A stretch of 64,000 nt of DNA from Clostridium sp. 26_21 (GTDB lineage: Bacteria; Bacillota; Clostridia; TANB77; CAG-508): positions 73,402 through 137,401 of the forward strand of contig MNRO01000017.1 in assembly GCA_001915995.1 (NCBI GenBank), written 5' to 3'. Below, one piece after another: positions 27,662 through 37,366 of this stretch. Within the stretch, counting starts at the first letter, position 1; each line of letters begins with the position of its first letter. Below the pieces are notes generated by a model that was given only the letters and a program-made list of their open reading frames with translations, did not search any database and had not been told where the DNA came from. The translations under genes were made by a program, and so were the position numbers.

Positions 27662-28576
27662 CTATTCCTCCTCATCTTTTAACATTTTGTTTAAAGCTAA
27701 TCTCTCTATTATCATTAAAAGACTGTTCATTAACCAATATAAAGCAAGTCCTAATGGTGCTATTAATGCAACTGCTAAATACATAACAGGAAACATTAAA
27801 TTCATATTTTTATTCATTTGAGCCATTGGATCAAATTCATCTTCTGAATTCTTTTCTTCTCCATCTTTTTTCTTTGGAGTCGGATTTGTTATTCTTAATG
27901 AAATTACTGAAACCAATACATATAATACAGGAATTATAAATGCTTTCCAATCACCACTTCTCGTTGGTATTTGAGCTAAATTTAATCCTAAAAAACTCAT
28001 ATTTATATCTAAAGAATTTAATTCTTCATCATTTATTTCTGCTAAATCTGTTTTTTCTTCATTATTTTCTGAATTTTTTTCAATATTCTCTGTATTATTT
28101 TCTTTTAATTTCTTTATATTATTTAATTCTCTAATAACTTCTATTTCTGGATATGCACTATCTGTACTTAAATCATTTTCTTTTACTATTTTCGTATATT
28201 TATTAATAATATTAGCATCTATTTTTTTCATATATGTTAATGGTGATCTAACAAGATAGAAAACTGCAAATAATAGTATTATTTGAACAATTCCACTAAA
28301 ACATCCACTAAATGGACTCATATTTTCTGTTTTGTATAATTCCATTGTTGCTCTATTTAGATTTTCTGGATCATTTTTATATTTGAATTGTATTTCTTTA
28401 AGTTTATTTTGTATTTTCGTGGTCTTTTTCATTGTTCTTTGCTGTTTTATTGATAATGGTAATAATATTATTTTTATTAAAATTGAAAAAATAATTATTG
28501 CCAGACCATAATTATTAACTATATTATAAATAAAATTCAAAATATATCCAAATAAATTTGCAAATGGTGCTATCAT
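27662..28576 (-). CDS. yidC: Membrane protein insertase YidC/OxaA/SpoIIIJ
   Basis: Polytopic, 304 aa, with a conserved origin-region position between yidD and jag. It has an unusually long acidic/N-rich loop. Confidence 0.85.
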   Translation of the reverse strand: MIAPFANLFGYILNFIYNIVNNYGLAIIIFSILIKIILLPLSIKQQRTMKKTTKIQNKLKEIQFKYKNDPENLNRATMELYKTENMSPFSGCFSGIVQIILLFAVFYLVRSPLTYMKKIDANIINKYTKIVKENDLSTDSAYPEIEVIRELNNIKKLKENNTENIEKNSENNEEKTDLAEINDEELNSLDINMSFLGLNLAQIPTRSGDWKAFIIPVLYVLVSVISLRITNPTPKKKDGEEKNSEDEFDPMAQMNKNMNLMFPVMYLAVALIAPLGLALYWLMNSLLMIIERLALNKMLKDEEE

Positions 28577-28588
28577 ATCTGCCCCTTT

Positions 28589-28807
28589 CTATTTTAATGG
28601 GTCATATCCTCCCTTTGAGAAAGGATTACACTTTAAAATTCTTTTTCCTCCTAACATACATCCTCTTAATACACCATATTTTTCAATGGCTTGTTTTGTA
28701 TATTCTGAACATGTTGGGTAATATTTGCATCTTATATTTTTTGCTACAAAAAATTTTGAGATATGTTTTTGATACCATTCAATTAAATATATACATATTT
28801 TTTTCAT
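28589..28807 (-). CDS. yidD: Membrane protein insertion efficiency factor YidD
   Basis: CKYYPTCSEYTKQAIEKYG motif; 72 aa. Confidence 0.9.
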   Translation of the reverse strand: MKKICIYLIEWYQKHISKFFVAKNIRCKYYPTCSEYTKQAIEKYGVLRGCMLGGKRILKCNPFSKGGYDPLK

Positions 28808-28828
28808 AGTACATACTCCTTCTAATTA

Positions 28829-29170
28829 TTAAGAAATAATATTTGCTTTCTTAAAAGTATTTTCCATTTCGTTTATTATATCTATATATTTCATATCATT
28901 TATATCTATATCTTTTTTTAATAAAACAACTATACTATAGCCATTTATAATCTTTTCTTCCAAATTTTTATAAGCTTCTCTTATAAGTCTTTTGGCTTTG
29001 TTTCTTTGGAAAGCTTTTCCATTTTTCGTACTAACTGCTATACCTAGTGTTTTGAAATTTTTTCCATTTTTTAATATTACAATTTTTAGTTGTTTACCTA
29101 TGTAGAAACGACCTTTTGTTAGAACTATTTTAAATTCATAGTTTTTCTTTAACATTACTGTCTGCTTCAT
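28829..29170 (-). CDS. rnpA: Ribonuclease P protein component
   Basis: 113 aa, basic, with an RNR-type motif (KAFQRNKAKRLIREAY); downstream of rpmH. Confidence 0.9.
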   Translation of the reverse strand: MKQTVMLKKNYEFKIVLTKGRFYIGKQLKIVILKNGKNFKTLGIAVSTKNGKAFQRNKAKRLIREAYKNLEEKIINGYSIVVLLKKDIDINDMKYIDIINEMENTFKKANIIS

Positions 29171-29258
29171 TTTCTAACATCCCTTTCGTCACTTTTAAGG
29201 TACAATTACTTTTAAATTCTAGGAATTTTTCCTAGAATCTAAAACATTGTTAATTTAA

Positions 29259-29393
29259 TTATGCACAAATCTTTTTTCTTCCTTTTGCTCTTCTTGCTTT
29301 TAATACATTTCTTCCTGATTTTGTTGACATTCTTTTCATAAATCCGTGTTCTCTTTTTTCTTGTCTATTTTTTGGTTGGAATGTTCTTTTCAT
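29259..29393 (-). CDS. rpmH: 50S ribosomal protein L34 (44 aa), not in the ORF track
   Basis: Translates to [44 protein letters not shown]. Canonical rpmH-rnpA arrangement. Confidence 0.95.
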   Translation of the reverse strand: MKRTFQPKNRQEKREHGFMKRMSTKSGRNVLKARRAKGRKKICA

Positions 29394-29473
29394 TACTATG
29401 CACCTCCTATTTGTTTTTTATATATTAATTCCTTTTTAAAGGAAATTATTGTTACAAAATAACAAGTAAATCG

Positions 29474-29503
29474 ATTATACACCACGATTCCAGCTTTTGT
29501 CAA
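29474..29503 (-). promoter_or_regulatory. Candidate rpmH promoter
   Basis: On the minus strand: TTGACA (29503-29498), an 18-nt spacer, then TATAAT (29479-29474). Confidence 0.55.
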
Positions 29504-29644
29504 TAGTTTTTAAAAATTTTAAAGTTTTTGAACTTTTTTTATGTAAAATGTTGATTTTACATAAAAAATATAGTATAACAAAAAAACCAAATATTTTGTA
29601 ATAATTTTGTAATAATTAATAAGTTTTCAACAATTTTTCTAAAG

Positions 29645-29833
29645 TTATCCACAATTTTTAAAAAATTATCCACAATTCTATTGACGAAATTTGTAGTAAT
29701 TTGATATTATAGAAGAAACTTAGGAAATCAAACTTTTATAAAATTATATCAAAATAAATGTTTGTAAAAAATAATATGTTTATTACATAAATATTACAAA
29801 GTTATCCACACCTGTGGATAACTCTGTGGATAA
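29645..29833. promoter_or_regulatory. DnaA-box cluster upstream of dnaA (oriC left part / dnaA autoregulatory region)
   Basis: Perfect TTATCCACA boxes at 29645-29653, 29666-29674 and 29802-29810. Perfect inverted TGTGGATAA boxes at 29813-29821 and 29825-29833. Confidence 0.9.
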
Positions 29834-29876
29834 CTTATGTTTTATATAAATATTTTTTTGAAAGGGTGTTTTGAAT

Positions 29877-31238
29877 ATGCAAAGCGAAAATGAAGAACTT
29901 TTTAGACAAGCAAAAGAACTTATCAAAGCAGAATTATCCTCAATTGCATATGATACATGGATTTCACCTTTAAAAATCTTATCAATAGATGATGATAAAA
30001 TTACAATCAGAGCTAATACTGATTATAATGCTGATTTTTTAGGAAAAAGATTCGGAGATTTAATTATAAACACTTTCAAATACTTAACAAACAAAGAAAG
30101 GGCATTGACAATTATCTACAATGATGAAAAAACAAATAGGGAAACAATAAATGATGTTGCTACACCTTCTGATTCTGAAAAGGAATTAGAAGCTGAAATA
30201 GAACTCTCAAATAAAGTTTTAAACCCCAAATATACATTTGATACTTTCGTCGTTGGAAATAATAATAGATTTGCACAAGCTGCAGCTTTAGCTGTTGCAG
30301 ATAAACCTTCAGAAGCCTATAATCCATTATTTTTATATGGAGGTGTTGGATTAGGTAAAACTCATCTAATGCATGCAATAGGGAATAGAACATTAAAAAA
30401 CTTTAGAAATTTTAAAATTTTATATGTAACTTCTGAAAAATTCACAAATCAAATGATTAATGCTATAAAAGACAATAAGATGGAAGTATTTAGAAATCAA
30501 TATAGAAAAATCGATGTATTACTTATTGACGATATTCAATTCATTGCTGGAAAAAAGCAAGTTCAAGAAGAATTTTTCCATACATTTAATGAACTGTATG
30601 AAGAAAAAAAGCAAATTATTATTTCAAGTGATCGTCCACCAAAAGAAATTCAATTACTTGAAGATAGGTTAAAATCAAGGTTTGAATGGGGATTACTTGC
30701 AGACATATCTTGTCCAGATTATGAAACAAGATTAGCTATTTTAAGGAAAAAAGCACAAGATGAAAAAATTGCAGTAGATGATAGTATTTTAGCAAATATT
30801 GCAACAAAAATTGAATCAAATATTAGAGAATTAGAAGGTGTTTTCAATAAAATGATAGCAAGAGCTTCATTAATGCACAGTCCTATAACAATAGAATTAG
30901 CAGAAAATACCATTAATGAATTTAAAGCTGAAAGTGAAAAAGTACTATCTTCTGATTATGTAAAAGAAATAGTATCTAAATACTTTAGTGTAGACAAAAA
31001 TGATTTATCTAGCAATAAACGTTCAAATGAAATAGCTTTTCCAAGACAAATTGCAATGTATTTATGTAGAGATGTAGCAAATATGTCTTATCCTAAGATA
31101 GGAGAAGACTTTGGAAATAGAGATCATTCAACAGTAATGCATGCATGTAAGAAGATTGAAAATGAAATAAAGGAGAAAAATAACACAAGATTAATTGTGG
31201 AAAGTGTGAAAAACATAATTATAAATGGAGAACAATAG
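29877..31238 (+). CDS. dnaA: Chromosomal replication initiator DnaA
   Basis: Walker A GGVGLGKTHL, LLIDDIQF, and a C-terminal DNA-binding domain (..DHSTVMHA..). ATG at 29877 is preferred (SD AAGGGTG 8 nt upstream) over the tracked TTG at 29871. Confidence 0.97.
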   Translation: MQSENEELFRQAKELIKAELSSIAYDTWISPLKILSIDDDKITIRANTDYNADFLGKRFGDLIINTFKYLTNKERALTIIYNDEKTNRETINDVATPSDSEKELEAEIELSNKVLNPKYTFDTFVVGNNNRFAQAAALAVADKPSEAYNPLFLYGGVGLGKTHLMHAIGNRTLKNFRNFKILYVTSEKFTNQMINAIKDNKMEVFRNQYRKIDVLLIDDIQFIAGKKQVQEEFFHTFNELYEEKKQIIISSDRPPKEIQLLEDRLKSRFEWGLLADISCPDYETRLAILRKKAQDEKIAVDDSILANIATKIESNIRELEGVFNKMIARASLMHSPITIELAENTINEFKAESEKVLSSDYVKEIVSKYFSVDKNDLSSNKRSNEIAFPRQIAMYLCRDVANMSYPKIGEDFGNRDHSTVMHACKKIENEIKEKNNTRLIVESVKNIIINGEQ

Positions 31239-31337
31239 AAAAATAAATAGATTGATGTCGATTTTTGAAAATATGTTCTCCAAATCGTTTGTTTGGTTAC
31301 AAAAAAGTTATCTCTACTTAGGGAACAGCTTGATTGG

Positions 31338-31565
31338 TTATCCACAAGTAAATGTGGATTGAGTGTTAATAAACTGTTAATAACTCAATTATCCACATTT
31401 TAAAAAATTTGTTGTGGACAAAAATCAAAGTTATCCACTAAGTTATACACATGAAAAAAGCCTACGGATTACAAGTTTCCACATAGTTTTCCACATTATC
31501 CACAGGACCTAATACTACTACTACTAATTATATTTATATTATTATTATAATTAATATAAATCGAC
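31338..31565. promoter_or_regulatory. oriC right part: DnaA-box cluster, GC clamp, DnaA-trio-like TAC/TAA repeats and an AT-rich unwinding element
   Basis: Perfect TTATCCACA boxes at 31338-31346, 31389-31397 and 31496-31504, plus several 8/9 matches between them. Then GGACC, then TAA TAC TAC TAC TAC TAA (31510-31527), then a run of almost only A/T to 31565. Confidence 0.8.
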
Positions 31566-31592
31566 AAGTTTTTTGAAAGAAAGGTGTTAAAA

Positions 31593-32708
31593 ATGAAAAT
31601 TGTTTGTTATAAGGATACACTCCTTAAAGCATTAAATTCCGTAATAAAAGGAGTAGCTTCAAAAACTACAAATCCTATATTAGAAGGAATACTTATACAA
31701 ACTAATGAAAATCAAGTAAAATTAACTACATATGATATGGAATTAGGAATTGAATATATTATAGATAGTGATGTTAAAGAACAAGGAAGTACAGTTGTTA
31801 ATGCTATAATGTTTAGTGAAATTATAAGAAAATTACCAGATTCAGAAATTTATATTACATTAAATTCTAATAATTTGTTAGAAATAGAATGTGAAGGAGC
31901 ATTATATAAACTTACAACAATGAATCCTGACGAATTTCCAGAATTACCAAAAATAGAAATAGAAAATTCAATTGATTTAGAACAGAATATGTTAAAAAAT
32001 ATGATAAGAAAAACAATATTTGCTGTTAGTACAGAAGAAAACAGACCTATATTCACAGGTTGTTTATTCGAAGTGGAAAACAATAAGTTAAATGTTGTTG
32101 CTGTAGATGGTTTTAGACTAGCATTGAGAAGTATTTATTTACCAGTAAAAGTAAATGATTTTAAAGCTGTTATCCCAGGAAAAACATTAAATGAAATAAA
32201 TAAAATATTATTAGATTCATTTGATCATGTAAAAATAGGAATTGCTAAAAATCAAGCATTATTTGAAATGGAAAATTGTAAAGTTGTTACAAGAACATTA
32301 GATGGAGAATTTTTAAATTATAAATCAGTTATACCAAGTAATTGGGAAACAAGGATTAGAGTAAATAAGAATAGTTTACAAGATAGTTTTGAAAGAATTA
32401 GTTTAATATCAGCTTCATCTATAGAAAAAGAAAAAAAATATCCTGTAAAAGTTTCTGTTGATATTGGAAAAATAACAATATCTTGTACAAACCAAACAGG
32501 TGAAGCTAAAGAAGAAATATATATTTCAACAGAAGGAAAAAATATTGAAGCAGGATTTAATCCTAAATATTTCTTAGACAGCTTAAAAGCAATAGATGAC
32601 GAAGAAGTTTTTGTTGAATTTGGAACAAGCATTTCACCATGTTTAATAAAATCAGTAGAAAATAGTGAATATGTTTACATGATTTTACCAATAAGATTAA
32701 AAGAATAA
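31593..32708 (+). CDS. dnaN: DNA polymerase III beta sliding clamp
   Basis: 371 aa, three-domain clamp-like sequence in the conserved position after dnaA. ATG at 31593 (SD AAAGGTG) is preferred over the tracked GTG at 31584. Confidence 0.95.
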   Translation: MKIVCYKDTLLKALNSVIKGVASKTTNPILEGILIQTNENQVKLTTYDMELGIEYIIDSDVKEQGSTVVNAIMFSEIIRKLPDSEIYITLNSNNLLEIECEGALYKLTTMNPDEFPELPKIEIENSIDLEQNMLKNMIRKTIFAVSTEENRPIFTGCLFEVENNKLNVVAVDGFRLALRSIYLPVKVNDFKAVIPGKTLNEINKILLDSFDHVKIGIAKNQALFEMENCKVVTRTLDGEFLNYKSVIPSNWETRIRVNKNSLQDSFERISLISASSIEKEKKYPVKVSVDIGKITISCTNQTGEAKEEIYISTEGKNIEAGFNPKYFLDSLKAIDDEEVFVEFGTSISPCLIKSVENSEYVYMILPIRLKE

Positions 32709-32727
32709 TAATAAACAATAAAAAATT

Positions 32728-32748
32728 GGTCAGATTTGCTATCTGACC
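32728..32748 (+). terminator. Hairpin after dnaN
   Basis: GGTCAGAT-TTGCT-ATCTGACC. It is followed by ATTATTC only, a weak U-tract. Confidence 0.45.
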
Positions 32749-32767
32749 ATTATTCATATAAAATGGC

Positions 32768-32980
32768 AAAAAAACAGCACGTGAGAATCAAAAATAAGAC
32801 GTTTTAATTTTTTTATGATATAGTTTTATAGGTGAAAATATCAAAAAATTTTTAAAATTAAAATAAAAATTCAAAAAAAATAAAATTAATTTTATAAAAA
32901 TTCATTAAAAATTGATATTTCAACGAAAAAACCATAAAAAACGACGCACGAAAATCAAAAATAAGGCTTTTTTATTTTTT
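32768..32980. repeat. Two imperfect ~45-nt direct repeats in an ultra-AT-rich dnaN-recF spacer
   Basis: AAAAAACAGCACGTGAGAATCAAAAATAAGACGTTTT (32768-) versus AAAAAACGACGCACGAAAATCAAAAATAAGGCTTTTT (32936-). The surrounding 370 bp has almost no G/C and no ORF. Confidence 0.6.
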
Positions 32981-33087
32981 GAAAATAAAGTTATAAACCT
33001 AAAAAAAAATAAAATAATAAAAAATATAAAAAAAATAAAATAAAAATAGTAAAAAAAATAAATAATTATACACAAATGGAGAATAAA

Positions 33088-34164
33088 ATGTGGATAAATG
33101 AGATTAAATTAAGCAATTTTAGAAATTATAATTATCAAGAAATTAAATTACACGAAAATATAAATGTATTTTATGGAGAAAATGCACAAGGAAAAACCAA
33201 TATTATTGAGTCAATATTTTTAAGTAGTATTGGAAAGTCTTTTAGAACAAATAATGAAAAAGAATTAATAAGATTTGGAGAAGAAAAAGCAGTATCTGAA
33301 ATATATTTTCAAAAAAGTGATAGAGATGGAAAAATAAAAATTGAAATTAATGATAAAAAAAACATATATTTAAATGGAATTAAATTAAAAAAGCTTAGTG
33401 AACTTTTAGGAAATATAAATATAGTAATATTTACACCAGATGATATAAATATTTTAAAAGGTGGACCTCAAAATAGAAGGAAATTTTTGGATATTATGAT
33501 TAGTCAATTAAGGCCAAACTATATGCATTTACTTACTTTATATAAGCAAACACTTGAGCAAAGAAATAATTATTTAAAACAAATAAAATTTGAGAATAAA
33601 CCAGAAAATATGTTAGATATTTGGGATGAAAAATTAGTAGACTATGGAATAAAAATATATGAATATAGAAATGAATTTATTGAAAAAATTCAAAAAAAAA
33701 TAAAAAATATTCATTTTAATATTACACAGGAAAAAGAAAATATAGAAATTAAATATTTTTCTGATGCAAGTACTAGACAAAATTTCATAAATGAGTTAAA
33801 ATCAAAAAGAAAGTTAGATATTATTAAAGGATTTACTACAAAAGGAGTACATCATGATGATTTTTTAATATATTTAAATGATAAACAAGTAAATATATAT
33901 GGTTCACAAGGCCAACATAGAACAGCAATGTTATCTTTAAAGTTATCTGAATTACAAGTAATTTATGATGATATTGGAGAATATCCAATATTATTATTAG
34001 ATGACTTTATGTCTGAATTAGATGAAAAAAGAAGAAAAAACTTTTTAGAAAATATAAAAAATATTCAAGTTATAATAACATGCACTGATAAAATAGTACT
34101 TGAAAATTTAAATTATTTTTTATATAATGTTGTTGATGGGAAAATAATAGAAAAAGAAAAGTAA
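33088..34164 (+). CDS. recF: DNA replication and repair protein RecF
   Basis: Walker A GENAQGKTNI, signature-like GSQGQHRT, LLLDD. ATG at 33088 (MWINEIKLSNFRNY) is preferred; the tracked start is 33076. Confidence 0.93.
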   Translation: MWINEIKLSNFRNYNYQEIKLHENINVFYGENAQGKTNIIESIFLSSIGKSFRTNNEKELIRFGEEKAVSEIYFQKSDRDGKIKIEINDKKNIYLNGIKLKKLSELLGNINIVIFTPDDINILKGGPQNRRKFLDIMISQLRPNYMHLLTLYKQTLEQRNNYLKQIKFENKPENMLDIWDEKLVDYGIKIYEYRNEFIEKIQKKIKNIHFNITQEKENIEIKYFSDASTRQNFINELKSKRKLDIIKGFTTKGVHHDDFLIYLNDKQVNIYGSQGQHRTAMLSLKLSELQVIYDDIGEYPILLLDDFMSELDEKRRKNFLENIKNIQVIITCTDKIVLENLNYFLYNVVDGKIIEKEK

Positions 34165-34197
34165 AAATATACTTGAAAATTTTTACAATTTTAATAA

Positions 34198-36162
<1,965 letters not shown>

Positions 36163-36190
36163 TTTGAAATGTATAGTTTTATAAAAAATT

Positions 36191-36223
36191 AATAGCTAAG
36201 AGAAACAACATCTCTTAGCTATT
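36191..36223 (+). terminator. 13-bp-stem hairpin after gyrB
   Basis: AATAGCTAAGAGA-AACAACA-TCTCTTAGCTATT, 29 nt after the gyrB stop, with a weak U-tract. Confidence 0.55.
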
Positions 36224-36723
36224 ATCTATAAAGCTAATAATAATCTTAACTCAAACTAATATACATAATAATTTAATCTAATGTATATTACTATACAAAT
36301 AAACCATATACCACATATATTAATCACTTGCTCGACTATAAATACAATAGTAGAAACTATATTCATCCCTAAGGACTAATAACAATCCCATATACTGTAA
36401 GTATAATCTTAGTTCAAATATATAACATATAATTTAACCATATAACTAAAGATGAATTAATAAAAGTTTATATTATAAAAATTTAAAATTCATCATGAAA
36501 ATATAGCTTACATATACATTATATATTCTTATCGCCGACATATATTAATCTACTTCAATAAACTAATATATATCTTTGCTCGAATAACAATAAACTAATT
36601 TATAATCTATTATTACTCTTCACTCAACTAATATTAACCTTATACACATATTATGTTCAAAAATTTTTTTATTATACATTAAACTAAAAAAATTTTTTGT
36701 GTTGTTTTGTCGAAATGTTTTTC

Positions 36724-36751
36724 TTGACAATTAATAAAAAGATAGTATAAT
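36724..36751 (+). promoter_or_regulatory. Near-consensus sigma-A promoter of T4SS fragment 2a
   Basis: TTGACA (36724-36729), a 16-nt spacer, then TATAAT (36746-36751), about 60 nt upstream of the first ORF. Confidence 0.6.
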
Positions 36752-36813
36752 GAAAACATAAAATTTAATTCTTGAGTTATTTAAAGTCAAAAATTTTTAT
36801 TCTATAATGTGAG

Positions 36814-37362
36814 GTGAGAAAAATTAATTCAATACAAAAATGGATTCCAATAGAAAAAATTTTAGAAAAAGGAATTATAAAATTAAAGAAAAATAAATAT
36901 ATAAAAATCTTAAAAGTAAATCCAATAAATTTTAACTTAAAAACACAAATGGAAAAAGAATCGATTTTAAATTCATATAAAATATTTTTAAAAACATGTA
37001 ATTTTGATATTCAAATTTTAATTCAAAGTAAAAAAGAAGATTTAACAAATCATATTGAAAAAATAAAATTAAATTCCAAAAATGAAAACAATAAATTTAT
37101 AAATAATTATTTAAATGATTATATTAATTATATAAAAGAAAAAAACAATTTAAATAAATCGGCATCTAAAAATTTTTATTTAATTATAAAAAATAAAACA
37201 GAAAATAATGAAGAAAATATTATTCAAGAATTAAATGAAAAATATTTTAAAATAAAAGATAATTTATTAAGATGTGGAAATTTAATTTTTGAATGTGATA
37301 AAAATGAAATAAAAAAAATATTATTTTCTTTTTTTAACACAAAAATATTTTTAGAAAAATAA
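36814..37362 (+). CDS. VirB4 N-terminal-domain-like protein (copy 2, 182 aa, no TM, no NTPase motif)
   Basis: IEKILEKGIIKLKKNKYIKILKVNPINFNLKTQMEKESILNSYKIFLKTCNFDIQILIQSK matches the N-domain signature of 10716-11897 and of Firmicute VirB4 ATPases. The tracked GTG is embedded in SD GAGGTGA; an in-frame ATT lies 5 nt after the SD. Confidence 0.5.
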   Translation: MRKINSIQKWIPIEKILEKGIIKLKKNKYIKILKVNPINFNLKTQMEKESILNSYKIFLKTCNFDIQILIQSKKEDLTNHIEKIKLNSKNENNKFINNYLNDYINYIKEKNNLNKSASKNFYLIIKNKTENNEENIIQELNEKYFKIKDNLLRCGNLIFECDKNEIKKILFSFFNTKIFLEK

Positions 37363-37366
37363 AGAG

